Shown here one piece after another: positions 25,840 to 38,241 of a stretch of DNA of 64,000 nucleotides. Location of the stretch: assembly GCA_002633005.1 (NCBI GenBank), contig NMRA01000060.1, positions 227,472 through 291,471 of the forward strand. Direction: 5' to 3'. A model generated the notes under the pieces. The model saw only the letters and a list, made by a program, of their open reading frames with translations. It was not told the origin of the DNA and ran no database searches. The position numbers and the translations under genes were made by a program. Source of the DNA: Phoronis australis. Lineage: Eukaryota > Animalia > Phoronida. Numbering within the stretch: the stretch's first letter is position 1; the number at the start of each line of letters is the position of its first letter.

Positions 25840-26210
25840 CTCTGACACTGAACAGTGGCCCTGTGGAAACATGATGAACGACACAGGCGGAATTCCTTGT
25901 GTGAGCTGCACATGCTTGGTCGGAAGTTTACCGATCACATAGCCATCACTTTCGCACATCTTTTTGCTTGGGTTTAAGCCACTGGATCGGGGTTTCCTTG
26001 ATTCGATCACTCCCCGTTTTAATAAATTTCTACTATTTAAGTCAAAAGCCGTCGCAATACTACGTAACAGTAATCTGAAAGGGTTTTCCCAGATTTAAAC
26101 CAATGGGAATGACTGAATATTATCATGACGTTGGTTTCATTACTTTAACCAATGAGAAGCCATGCTAAACAACATTCCACAGAGCTACCTTTCATAGCAT
26201 TGTGGTGTGA
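25840..26210 (+). mobile_element. MITE family copy A (partial; same family as 28627 and 29588)
   Basis: Shares GTGGCCCTGTGGAAACATGATGAA, CATGCTTGGTCGGAAG, CGTTTTAATAAATT, AACCAATGAGAAGC and the terminal hairpin with copy C. Confidence 0.75.
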
Positions 26211-26542
26211 GACAACAAAATGTCGCAACTGAACAAGCTTTCAGTCACCAGGTGGCGAGACTGTCTCGTCCACGAGGCGACGAACAACATCTAGACGTCA
26301 GATTTCGTAAGTCCGTTCAAAATAGTTTGGCAAAGGGAAGCAGAAGTTTGCTTTTGATGTTCGATGTTTCGAGACAATGTCGTGTCTTATTTTCGTCTGG
26401 AAATACCGCACATGTGGAATAGATTGTGCCGTCAGTCTTTCGAAGCACAAGTTGTTGCAATTTGTAGTGGTCAGTGGTTTGTGTAGTTGCACAAACTGTC
26501 GTTATACTCTCAGATAATTAAGCACAAACTGCATAATAGTAA

Positions 26543-27657
26543 TAGACCGGCAGCCCAGAGCACTTAGCATAGATGAACGAGGTACTAAAATCTGACCACG
26601 GGAGCATTTAAAGTCCACCTCAGTATGTACAGAAATTGACGTCTGCCGTTGTCTGCACTCTGGGTGTGACCCCTGGGGGCCTTACAAAGAGCCCAAAAAT
26701 GAGCTAGACTAGATTTTTTAGGTACCAACCAAAACTGATTTAAAATGAACAATAGTACCGCAGTGAACATAGAATGACCCATGACAGACAAATTGCATTC
26801 TGGAATGGGTCCGGCAGAAACCGAAAAAGGACCCACCCCAAAAATGAGCTAGCACATACATTCGAGGTACCACACAAAACCAATTCCATATGATTCAATA
26901 TGTCACAGATCACTAACTTGAAAACCCCTATGACAGACAAAATACACTCTGGGTTGTGCCTGCCAGAAACCCCCAAAAATCTCAATCATGCATGGTATGC
27001 CATCAAAAATTTGAGCTAGACTAGATTTTCGAGGAACCGGCCAAAACTGATTTTAAACGAACAATAGTACCGCACTGAACACCAAATGACCCACGACAGA
27101 CAAATTGCACTTTGGAATGGGTCCGGCAGAAACCAAAAAAGGACCCCCCAAAAATGAGCTAGCACATACATTCTATGTACCACACAAAACCAATTCCATA
27201 TGATTCAATACATGTTACAGATCACTAAAACCCCTGTGACAGACAAAATACACTCTGGTTTGTGCCCGCCAAAACCCCCAAAAAATCTCTCGGACCCATG
27301 AATCATATGGAATTGGTTTTGTGCAGTGGTACCTCGAATGTATGTGCTAGCTCATTTTTGGGGGGTCTTTTTTTGGTTTCTGCCGGACCCATTCCAGAGT
27401 GCAATTTTTCTGTCATGGGTCATTCGGTGTTCAGTGCGGTACTATTGTTCGTTTTAAATCAGTTTTGGCCGGTACCTCAAATATCTATAGTCTAGCTCAT
27501 TTCCTGGGCCCTTTGCAATGCCCCCAGGGGTCACACCCAGAGTGCAGACAACGGCAGACGTCCATTTCTGTACATACTGAGGTGGACTCTAAATGCTCCC
27601 GTGGTCAGATGTTGGTACCTCGTTCATCTATGCTAAGTGCTCTGGGCTGCCGGTCTA
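26543..27657. mobile_element. Foldback element with ~355-bp TIRs and an internal ~310-bp direct duplication
   Basis: TAGACCGGCAGCCCAGAGCACTTAGCATAGATGAACGAGGTAC... pairs with ...GTACCTCGTTCATCTATGCTAAGTGCTCTGGGCTGCCGGTCTA. Arms are ~26543-26897 and ~27299-27657; 26695-26985 is repeated at 27005-27290. Confidence 0.9.
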
Positions 27658-27746
27658 TAATTTGTCTCTGCGAAAGTTTGTAGGTGCATAATCCTTCAAA
27701 AGTTATTCATTTTAAACGTGTTCACTAATGACTTGAGATGTACGCA

Positions 27747-28400
27747 ATGGAAAGCTAAAAAATCCATGACACATATTTCCATGCAAGATTTAAAAACAGT
27801 TCAAAACCGTTATTATTTTCACTTTGCTAGGCCATGGTAAAAATTTATCACGTCAGGACTGAAAATGTATCACGTCAGGACCTGCATTTATCAAGTCGGG
27901 AGCGAAAATTCGACATTTTAGGACCAAAATTTAAGATGCCAGGACACTCGCCAGGAAACATTCATACTAGGAGACAACGTGACCATCCACAAGCTTTGAA
28001 CCTTCAAAGACGTAACGCCACAGGTACACAAGGGCTAAGCGTTCTGTCTTGCCGACAACAGTCATATCATCGTGGTAATGAGGTTGAATTTCTTTTGTCT
28101 CTTCCACGCTTCACAACGAAAAGCGTTGGCGTTTTGGACACATTAGACTAGAATACCGTACGGTGAGTATTACAGAGACACGGTGAATTGTCACCGTCGG
28201 ATTGTCGATGGTTACGTGGTCTGCTGGCATGAAAATTTTTGGTTCTGGCGTGACTGATAAATTTTCTGTTCTGGCATGATAACTTTCGCTCCTGGTGTGT
28301 CAGATTTTGGTTCGAGTTGTTTTTTTTGTTTGGTCCTGCAGATTTTAATTAATCAATAAAGAATATATGTCTTGAAATTTTTTCGTTTTGGTTTTCCATA
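27747..28400. mobile_element. Degenerate MITE with subterminal repeats
   Basis: ATGGAAAGCTAAAAAATCCATGACACATAT pairs with ATATATGTCTTGAAATTTTTT..TTTTCCAT. Repeated AAAAT.TATCACGTCAGGAC on the left, inverse GTTCTGGC.TGA repeats on the right. Confidence 0.45.
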
Positions 28401-28626
28401 GTACGCCCGAAATTTAACTTCAAAAATACCAAAAACACAAATTACTTTTAATTCCCTTGCATAAGTCTATATTCAAAATAGCGCAAATTTTCAAAATTAT
28501 TTCTACTGAAATGCTTTGATGCCCAAACGCATAAGCGCGGGCAATTGTGCTGGCGCCACTAAAGCCATTATCAGCGCTATCTATTGGCTGTCTCTTGTTC
28601 GCAGCATGTTTTCATCATACACTATC

Positions 28627-28990
28627 TCACAGTGCTACGAAAGGTAGCACTGTGAAACAGTGCTACGAAAGGTAACACTGTGAAATGTTATTTAACATGA
28701 CTTCTCATTGGTTAAAGTAATGAAACCGACGTCATAACATTCAGTCATTCTAACTGGTTGAAATCTGGGAAACCCGGCCTTTCAGTTTACTGCTACATAG
28801 TAGGCCTATGTCGACCATCTTTGGCTTGAATAGTTGCGATTTATTAAAACGGGCAGTGATCGAAGTAACCAAAATCAAGGAAAACCCTTAAGCCCAAACA
28901 AGTACAGTGCATAGAAGACTTGTGCAAGTGGTGGCGATGTGCTCAGTAGGCCTAAACTTCCGACCAAGCATGCGCACTGATTTCCGCCCG
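28627..28990 (-). mobile_element. MITE family copy B (inverted, hairpin duplicated)
   Basis: Reverse complement of the copy A/C core (CTTCTCATTGGTTAAAGTAATGAAACC, TTTATTAAAACGGGCAGTGATCGAA, CTTCCGACCAAGCATG). Confidence 0.75.
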
Positions 28991-29587
28991 GCGAGATTTT
29001 GGTAACTCAACAACCATAATTTTAATTAGGTTGAAATATAGCCACTATATTTTTTAAATTATGCTTGAATTATACATGGTGATATACATGTTAGGTTTTA
29101 TTCTCTTGCGACATTTTCTTTTTCGTTCAGTGTCTCGTTAGCCAACAACACTGAGCCCAGCAGACCGGACTGGCCGTGGCACGGCACGGCAGCTGATGGT
29201 TCACCAAGTAGAAACGTCTGTAATATTTTATTTTCTATCAATACTAAGGCAAAAGAGAGTGGTTTCAACTTATATAGTATCTATTTAACGAACTTAACCA
29301 TGCACTATGAACATGTTGGTGGCCATGATTAATGACAGCTGACAGTATAAACAAAGAGTGAAGCACTGAGCTCATCATTTGCACGTTGTCACAACGGCGA
29401 TGTGACGTCAGCAGCTGTAGAATGTAGGTCAAGGTGCTGGGTCAAGATTCAGTTCACTCAAGAATGTCACATGACTGTAAACAGCGCTGCCTGTTAGTAA
29501 AGCATCAGTGCATCCAGCGCCATCTGTTAACCGTAAAGGTTTTGGATGAGCGGGTACCTTTTGCGTCGTTCATCATGTTTCCACATA

Positions 29588-30038
29588 CGCTCTAACACAG
29601 CGCCACCTATACTGAAAAAGTGGCCCTGTGGAAACATGATGAATGACACAGCGAATTCTGTGTGTGTCCATCAATGCGGCCGCATGCTTGGTCGGAAGGA
29701 TCACATCGTCACCACTTGCACACGCTTTCTGTGCACTGTTAAGCTTAGCCACGGGATCGGTGTTGCCTTGATTTTGTTTACTTCGATCACTGCCCGTTTT
29801 AATAAATTGCGGAACTATTCAAGTCAAAGGTTACCGCCATACTACGTAACAGTAAAATGAAAGGGGTTTCCCAGATTTCAACCAGTGGGAATAACTGAAT
29901 GTTTTGACGTCCGTTTCATAACTCTAACCAATGAGAAGCAACGATAAACGACAACCACAGTGCTACCTTTCGTAGCGCTGTGAAAGAGTGTAGTTTCCAC
30001 GGGGCCACTTTTCAATATAGGTGGCGCTGTATCAGAGG
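29588..30038 (+). mobile_element. MITE family copy C, complete, ~45-bp TIRs, TA flanks
   Basis: CTCTAACACAGCGCCACCTATACTGAAAAAGTGGCCCTGTGGAAAC pairs with GTTTCCACGGGGCCACTTTTCAATATAGGTGGCGCTGTATCAGAG. Confidence 0.8.
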
Positions 30039-32109
30039 TAATTTTTCATCAGTGACGCAGTTACCTTAGCGGTGACCTTGTAATGAATCCCAAAAGAAAG
30101 AACGTGAATTCAGAAGTAGATCAATCAGTCTACAAGAGCGGAAGCATGGTGTTGAAGAAATACAAACTCGCACAGTAGGCTATCTTCTACGTCTGTCAGA
30201 TGCCCCACTTCTGGACGTCCATTATTTTTTATAACGACCCAAGAATGTGTGTCGTCTACTTAAGATATGCGAATCAGTTGTTCAAAAGTGTTTAGCCCTG
30301 CCGATGTCCAGTTAGAAATTGTATATTGCATTTGCAGTCTGCTATTTTAAAATTATTCCACCGCCATCACCAATATTTAAATGACTGGGATTTCAGGATC
30401 TGTAGAGTGGACTAGTAAAAGCGTTATTTTTTTTGAAACTTTGGCCCCTGATTCGCTGGAGCTGTTCTGACGCAACTAGCTTCTCACAGAAGCCTTCACA
30501 GAAAAGAAAATTCTCCTATGATAGAATTTGAATTGTTTTAACTGCCTGCATCTAGCAGACAGTCTTTGAATGCCTAAGGGTGATTCTAGTTAGAAAAAAG
30601 AATGAGTTCGTTGTCTACCTGGTAATGAAAATTCGGTAGTGTGAGCGAGGAGGTGACGTAGTACGTTAATGTTGATGAGGAGGAGGAGATGCCATTACAC
30701 GTAGGTAACAAATTTTCAAGTGCTAACTTCGATCTCACGTGCTACATATAACCCCTCCTTCCTGTAAATAATAATAAATAATTCCATGCAACCCGCGTGG
30801 ACGTTGGCGAGACCACGAGTAATCAAGTGGCGTGGTGGATCGACAAAGCAAAGAAGCGTAGCGACCATCGAGAATTGGTAGACCTCCACTTTATGGTAAC
30901 TTAGAGTGCCTACCCCACAACTCAGAGCTATGTTGCAGTCGCAAATAATAACTACAAATGCACTAATTTCTATGCTTAGGCGATTGCAGCTCAACACTAT
31001 TGTACGTAAGAATGAAACGTGTTTTAATTTCATTTCCCCCAACAACTCTGTGCAATGTTAATGTTGGACGTCTACTCTACTGCAAATGACTTTGAATTCA
31101 GGGCGTTCTGAGTTATTTTTATCGTGTTATGTTTTTACCAACTGGTCCAATAAATTAACACGAAACTTCGACGTAGATCATTCCATGTTACTGACAGTTA
31201 CCGGGTGGGTCGAATATTTTAATTTATGAAAAGATGGCCAATAGCAGCACACCATAGCCTGTGTAGGAAATGCGCACAAATACGGAATTATGTATAGAAA
31301 ATATTCTTATCAATGATTCGAAACAGACAGCTCTTCAACTGGGTAAACTGTGGTTCTGGTATTCAAACCGAAAGTGTAGGCTAATGGTTTTGTGTGTTCC
31401 GTCGTATAATATGAGTTACAAATTTAATAATTTTGTGGAAAATTCCGGCATCTTGGGCGTTTGAGTAAACGTGAAAAACGTGGTCACGAGACAAAAAACA
31501 GGCATTAATTTTAGCACGCAATACCAATTTAAAAATATATGATTTTTATGGTTTAGAAAATTTTAAAGATGTTTGAATCATTGTGACTCTCGGTAACAGA
31601 GGCAGACAGCTGCCATAAAACGCTATGCGCACGTCCTCAAATATACGTAGTGATACAATTTGTAGATGGTCCACGTAGCTCGTATACTCTATTAATACAA
31701 ATTTTCTTTCTTTCGTACGAAAGGGTTCCTTTTTTCCAGGAATTCAAACGTTTATTTTTTAAATCAAAAATGAGGAAAAATGGCACAGGTGATTCTGAGG
31801 ATTTTTTTTTTGAGAATTGGTTCCATACGCACTTAGCTGCGCAGTCCAATACACATATCGAAGATTTTCAGCATAGTTGAAGCACCAAATGGGAGAAAAT
31901 GCTCTTTTCTGTACATTCACCAATTTAGAACACAGAATGAGATGCGTCAGTCGAAAGATATCACTGAAATATAACTTTCAGCTCTGTTTGTATTTGGTTT
32001 ATTTTACTATTAATTGGGCTAGGTTTCCGCACAAAACCTCATTACATTTGGCGACAGTGCAGTGGGTACTCATAATGCATGAGACAGCTGTCACTCACGA
32101 CGGCGGCTA

Positions 32110-32400
32110 TTTTAGGTGGTGGTACACTACCAAAAATTAAAAATTAAATTAAAAATTCACATTGGATTCTGTTACTAGTTAAGTTTGAATGAGCATTATT
32201 TCAGCTGAAGTTTCGACTGAACTAACTTGTGGTAAAACCTATGGCATGAAGTTTTTTAGCTCAAATGAATCGGATAGTGTATCTTTAAAATACTGAAGTT
32301 GCTAAGTTTTCTACTTTGAGAATTGTTCGTAATTTGAACAGTAGTCGAAGAAGTAGTCTATCCGCGGAGCATACAATGTGTGAAAGCTACAAGATTCTAC
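32110..32400 (+). repeat. Dispersed repeat shared with ~5325-5520
   Basis: Both loci carry TGAATGAG.ATT.TTT..GCT.AAGTTTCGACTGAACTAACTTG. Confidence 0.5.
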
Positions 32401-32898
32401 TTGCATCTCTTTGTAATTAGCTTTACGAAACACACTTTGGGATTTCTGGTGTAAGAAAACGCCTTTACTTTCCCGTAAAATCATTTCTTGCTGTTAATAG
32501 TTTAGAGTATTTTCATGTTGAAGTCGGGGCATTAGTATAACCAGAGTGAGGAAACATTTACTCCCGATATAGGCACACGTTCGCCTTTAGGTAAAAAAAT
32601 CTTTTCGCCAAAACGAAGACAAAAATTTTACGAACGAAATACTGAACTTTTTGATCGATCAGAGACTGTGTCAATGGAATGCATTAAAATCTCCATACTC
32701 GGAGAGCGTCAAGTAAAGTGCGACTGGGATTGTAAAAGAAAGGAAATAGCTATTAACAAAGCAAAAAATAACAAAAATCTTGACAGTTATTCTTCGTCTC
32801 GCGTCTTTCTGCCCAGCGATTTCGCTAGCATTTTAGTCAGGGAAACTGGTAACGTTTTCGCCACTCATGTGAATCTAATATTAATCAGATTGTGAACG

Positions 32899-33503
32899 GA
32901 GTATTAGTTGTGCACGTAATGTAGAAGTTAGACACGACACTGATTCATATTCAAAAATCGTCCTTCTATAGACTCGTATTGAAGCGCGATATTTTGCTCC
33001 AGAATCTCGACCCTGAATTGCCACTCAACACTTACTAATTCACAATGATTTAATGAATAATGCACTATCTCTCTGACGTCTAAAAATGTCACATTGCGAT
33101 ATGATTGAACTCGTTGTAAAACCGCCCTCTGTTAGCTGTCTGCAACATTATACACAGTCGTGGAGTTGAGCGTAGAGAAGTATCATGCATCTTTATCGAG
33201 AACCAGAGTATTACCGGTTGTGCACGTAATGTAGAAGTTCGACACGACACTGATTCATATTCAAAAATCGTCCTTCTATAGACTCGTATTGAAGCGCGAT
33301 ATTTTGCTCAAGAATCTCGACCCTGAATTTCCACTCAACACTTACTAATTCACAATGATTTAAACTATCTCTCTGACGTCTAAAAATGTCACATTGTGAA
33401 AGAACTCGTTGTAAAACCGCCCTCTGTTATCTGTCTGCAACATTATACACAGTCGTGTAGTTGAGCGAAGAGAAGTATCACGCATCTTTATCTAGAACCA
33501 GAG
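32899..33503 (+). repeat. Tandem duplication of ~300 bp upstream of the receptor gene
   Basis: GTTGTGCACGTAATGTAGAAGTT.GACACGACACTGATTCATATTC...AGAACCAGAG at ~32908 and ~33217, with a few substitutions and indels and no N at the junction. Confidence 0.9.
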
Positions 33504-33933
33504 GTCTCAGCTGGTTGAGCCGGCGAGGTGTACCCGTAGAATCGTCCTAGTCATGCAAAGTTGCTGTGGCTTGACCACTGCATTGACCTACGCAGCTAGT
33601 ATATGCTCGAACGCTGATAGTTTGGCGAACAAAATTGAAATGAAATATTTGTTGAAGCTCAATGTAACTAAAATGACCAACTTTTTGCTATGAAATTTTA
33701 TTTACAGAAAGGAGTCATATCGCAAGCACGCAAATATTCTCATGTTCCGTATCAACCGCTGTTAAGTTTTTAACTTTTGTCTCTGCCTGTAAAAACTATT
33801 CCATCACTAGAATTGAACGCAAATGTACATCGTTAGCTTGTTTATATCTGCTTGACTTACCCTGGACACCGAAGTCCTTAAGACATGTTGAACCTACATT
33901 GTGTAATATCTCAAGATCTCGGCAAGAGCAAGG

Positions 33934-34273
33934 ATGCATTTTACAGCAATTTTCGTTCTTGAACTCTTCATTTCGAAATTCACAGGAGAGGTGATTTCTG
34001 GATCAGTTTTAGATGACCGCGGTAATACTGCGCAATGGAAAGCAGACAGCACAAACATGTATTTCACGAGCAGGGATTCAACTTTGAGCGATGACGAAAG
34101 AGACTTGCATAAAGAACAAGTACGTCAACCGGCTGAATTTGATGATCCGTGGGATTACGATGAGAAAGGGGTTCAGCCAAGAAGGGTAAAAAAACATTTG
34201 CAATTATTTCTGAGCCCCGCACGGTCAAGACTAGCGAGACAAGTCCGTAACAGTTATGCTGTTCCTAAGTTTG
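33934..34273 (+). CDS. Probable N-terminal (signal peptide) segment of the downstream 7TM receptor
   Basis: MHFTAIFVLELFISKFTGEVISG is signal-like. The frame stays open up to the single-N join at 34274, and the downstream ORF lacks its own signal peptide. Confidence 0.5.
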
Positions 34274-34489
34274 NAACTTGGCCACGTTTTTAACAAAATA
34301 CTTATCTATGTTATGTGCTATCGGCAAATGTGATTGATTCATAAATAAGACCCTCACGCTTTGTTTTCTGCGAATCCCATGTATTCTGAAGGGGGCTAAC
34401 TGAGTGATTTTCGCGCATGCGCAATTCACGGTTTCAATATTGCTGGTAATGCATTAAGACAGTCCCCGGAAAATGTCAGCGGCACTCCA

Positions 34490-36472
34490 ATGTCTAAGTT
34501 AGAGCGGTCTCGGTACGCGTACCAGGTTCCCACACCTGTAATGAATCAAAGGAAAGGAAATAACAGGAGTTTGGCGTCCACATGCGCAACGGCGACGGGA
34601 ATAAATCGGGGAACCTATTCCTATAATTTCTCTTATGTCTCAACACGCAACTGCTTCTGTGATAAATTTTGCGAAGTTTTTGGGGACTGCTGCCACGATG
34701 CTTCGAAATACTGGAGTACGAAATATCACGGTCCGTCGATAAATTTACCGGCAAACGCACATGAGTGCTTGACTGCCAACATCCTTGATTCGAACAGGTT
34801 GTATGCCGGCGACTCAGCATTTGGGCATGGAATTTCGGTCATAACAAAATGTCCTACAGCGATAACGGACGGAAGGGCTACCTTGTGTAAGCGGGTGAAC
34901 AGAAGCGATATCGTCACAAGTCTGTTGGTTACGGGAGAAACGGGATTAACCTATCGAAATGTTCACTGCGCGAAATGCCACGGTGAAATAAGGGTAACAT
35001 TCTGGAAAGTGGTCACCCAATGCGATTTACCAGTAAATCAGTCGAGTGTACCAGAGTTCCAAACTGTCGAAGACATTATACGCGAAAACAAATGTGACCG
35101 TATACTCCAATTCTCCGCACCTGCGCAGATAGGCTTCCGGACGTGCAAGAAACTTGAGGCGCAGTGCAATGCAACATCTGACGGAAAAATTCTTACGGAT
35201 AAGTGCAAGCGCGGACACGCTTCATTTGTTTATATGGTGAATGAACCAGGAACGGTCTACAGGAACAAGTACTGCGCTAAATGCGCAAATCTCTCGGATA
35301 TGGTACTTACAGCGAAAGAACCAGAAAAAAACGCGCAAGATGGTGAAACGGTCTTCAAAAAATTTTCAATGATTATTACTGTCGAAGGTGAAGTGCAGAG
35401 ATGTAAGCCCAATCATAACGAACCAGGAATTGAAAACGCCAACAGCTTAATACATGTAGTTAACCTCTATCCGAGAAACTGCCATAAACAAAGTGGTCCC
35501 TGTGATAACAAAGTGCCGAAAAGAACAGAAAAACCAATGGAGTTGTCATCTGAATGTGAATCTTCTACTAACAATTCTAATACTACTTCGATGCCAGCTG
35601 AAGACGTTGTGGAGGTTTGGTTAACAGTCGTTTTATTGTCGATATCCTTGGCTGCTATGGTAATTAATTTCTTAATCTACTTAATTCTCCCAACACTGAG
35701 AAATAACCCAGGCAAATTTTTACTAAGTTTGATATCTGCTTTATTTTTAGCAGAATTCGTTTTCTTGGTGGGCGCAAGCAGAACGGAGAACTATTTCATT
35801 TGCGTAGGAATATCAGTAGCCATTCATTACTTCTTCTTGGCGTCGTTCTTCTGGATGAACGTGATGGCTATAGACATATTTCTAACATTCGGATTCTCGA
35901 AAATGATAAAAACGCCTGCGAACAAGATTAGGTATTTTGTGCTGTATTCCGTATACGCTTGGATTTCGCCGTTGGTCATAGTCGCCGCAGCTCTCGTAGT
36001 AAATGTCGTCTCAGATAAATCTTATTATTTAAACCCCAACTACGGAATCGAAAGAGACTCGTGCTGGATTAACAGAGATCTTCCGCTGATCGTTTTCTTT
36101 CTTTTGCCTCTTGGAACGCTCATGATAGCCAATATCGTTCTGTTTATACTCACTTCACTTAGCATTTGCAAAATTACCAAATCGACGGACAGAATGATTC
36201 ATAAAAATGAAAAATCTCGTCTTTGCGTGTATCTGAAACTCTCAACTGTGGTGGGTCTCACATGGACCTTTTCCATTATTGCCGCCTTTACTAATTCTGT
36301 GGTTTTTCGGTATCTCTTTACTATCTTCAATGGCCTTCAAGGTCTTTTTATTTGCCTCTCGTTTACAATGACAAAGCGAGTGGGCAGGTTATTGAAAGAG
36401 AAATTCTCTTCCGTTCGTCAGGCCCCTGCCACCGAAGAAATTGAGTGCAAAAGCAGTAGCACATCAAAATAA
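34490..36472 (+). CDS. Family B (7tm_2) GPCR, Methuselah-like/adhesion-like, with a somatomedin-B-like Cys-rich ectodomain; single long exon
   Basis: SMB-like CFCDKFCEVFGDCCHD; two YRNxxCAKC repeats; seven TM helices with family-B motifs LRNNPGK, HYFFLASFFWMNVMAID, YSVYAWISP, CWIN, KLSTVVGLTW, NGLQGLFI. The frame is open back to 34400. Confidence 0.9.
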   Translation: MSKLERSRYAYQVPTPVMNQRKGNNRSLASTCATATGINRGTYSYNFSYVSTRNCFCDKFCEVFGDCCHDASKYWSTKYHGPSINLPANAHECLTANILDSNRLYAGDSAFGHGISVITKCPTAITDGRATLCKRVNRSDIVTSLLVTGETGLTYRNVHCAKCHGEIRVTFWKVVTQCDLPVNQSSVPEFQTVEDIIRENKCDRILQFSAPAQIGFRTCKKLEAQCNATSDGKILTDKCKRGHASFVYMVNEPGTVYRNKYCAKCANLSDMVLTAKEPEKNAQDGETVFKKFSMIITVEGEVQRCKPNHNEPGIENANSLIHVVNLYPRNCHKQSGPCDNKVPKRTEKPMELSSECESSTNNSNTTSMPAEDVVEVWLTVVLLSISLAAMVINFLIYLILPTLRNNPGKFLLSLISALFLAEFVFLVGASRTENYFICVGISVAIHYFFLASFFWMNVMAIDIFLTFGFSKMIKTPANKIRYFVLYSVYAWISPLVIVAAALVVNVVSDKSYYLNPNYGIERDSCWINRDLPLIVFFLLPLGTLMIANIVLFILTSLSICKITKSTDRMIHKNEKSRLCVYLKLSTVVGLTWTFSIIAAFTNSVVFRYLFTIFNGLQGLFICLSFTMTKRVGRLLKEKFSSVRQAPATEEIECKSSSTSK

Positions 36473-38179
36473 CCGGATCTGCGCCCCCCCCCCCCCCCNT
36501 GCCCCCCCCCCCCCCATCTGCCTCTGTATTTCTGGGTTTATTTTTGCTATTCATTTCTTAGGTTATTGCATAAATGATGCAAGACAATGGGTTTTCTTAA
36601 AATGATGTATCAATGATGCACCGGATGAAACATTTCACTTACCATGAGTAGCGTGGTCGAAGAGCAAATCGATTGTTGTATGCATTCTTTTAATTGTAAT
36701 ATCGTAAGATTCTAATTCTGTATGTCAACTTAAAGTTATTTTCTGGTCAAGATCCGCCAATTTTAAAGCAAGACTAAAAATGTGAAGCGAGATGTTCTAA
36801 GGTAATAGTGATAGTACCTAAATAACCCTCACTATAACTTTAATAGGATACATGTTGATGCGTGTATAGCATAAGTTAGACGTTATAGCTGTAGGAACTT
36901 CTTGCGGATTTTTCGGGAATATTTATTTTCAGTTAATGACGTAAGACAGTTTCACATTACATAAGGCCAAAAAGGTAAGTTGGTTTTGTTCTTTGTTCCG
37001 ACTAATTTTGAGACCTGCGCTCACCAACTTAAAAAAAAAAACGCCCGGGCGCAACAATTTCAGCTGAGGTACCTTTCGTTTCTTTTTTAAAAAGGAGCGC
37101 AAAGGCACGTGAGCAAAAATAATGAAGGTTTGAAACGCCATGATTTACCAAGCGATGTTCCCATCATTTTGCTAGTCTCAGGTGGGTTTTCTATTTAAGA
37201 AGGTGAGCAAGTGTAAATACCACAACACAGACCCAATTTTCAAAGACGCAGATCAGGGCCCGAGGTTTAAGCTTTTTACTAGAAGTAGAACTCGAAATTG
37301 TATCTACCGTTTTCTACTTTACTTTTGGCTACATCAAGATTGACTATTATGGTATGCTCGAGTGGATTAGCTGGATAACTTTCTAATCCTAGTTTGCACT
37401 CAATGACCTCATCATTCATGCTAACTGAAATTTCGAGTCTGAACTCTAAATTTCGAGTTTTTACTTGCATCTAGGTGTCATCAAATAAGAACTTGGACTA
37501 GAAACTCATTTGCCTAAACCTTAATATACGCGAGCACAAAATAATAGACAATTATTTTGAGTTCGTTCAAATTAAGTAGCACGGGAAGTGTCCAAAATAA
37601 TTTCGAGTTCTTTTTCAAGTAGAAAGATTAGTTCCAACTATCTGTATTGAAGCTGGTTGATGAATAAATGTTGATAGTGATTCTTCTACTGTTCGATATT
37701 AGTGTTTCATGTACTAGACATACACAAGGTGTCGGTACAATGCCGGGAGCTCAAGTTCACTTCCTATAAATCAGTCTCTGGGCCCGGTGTATGATTACAC
37801 CACCTAGACTACCATAAATGGTTCCCATTCATCCTGACTCTCATGATTGGTCAAAGAAATGACGTCAAGAAAATTTAGCAGCCAGTAACAATTCCATTTC
37901 TCTTTTAAAAACCCACGCTGATGATCGCTGGGTACTGGCAACACAATCATAATCTTACTGTCCACCAGTGGCGGATCTAGGATATCACAAGGGGAGGGGC
38001 AACATTTTGTCCGGATGTAAGCATTTGTGCAAACCACGATTGTGGATGCGCATAGCACCGAATGGGGGGAGGACGGGAGGGAGTTTGCCCCTCTCCCGCC
38101 CAGGAAAATTTTCTGTTTTTTCCTTGATTCCTGAAGTATTATCCAAGAGAACGTGTCAAACAGGAAAAACCGCAAGTAC

Positions 38180-38241
38180 CACAGACTAGCACCCACGACC
38201 GGGCGGATAGAGCGCGCGCGCTTTACGACTACACCACCACG
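38180..38241 (-). mobile_element. Degenerate tRNA-derived SINE head
   Basis: Minus strand reads GTGGTGTAGTCGTAAAGCGCGCGC...GGTCGTGGGTGCTAGTC, with A-box-like and decayed B-box-like motifs at tRNA spacing. Confidence 0.3.

Noticed and set aside
28627-28685. Hammerhead ribozyme (stem with GAAAG loop)
   Set aside because: No CUGAnGA catalytic core or three-way junction seen nearby on either strand.
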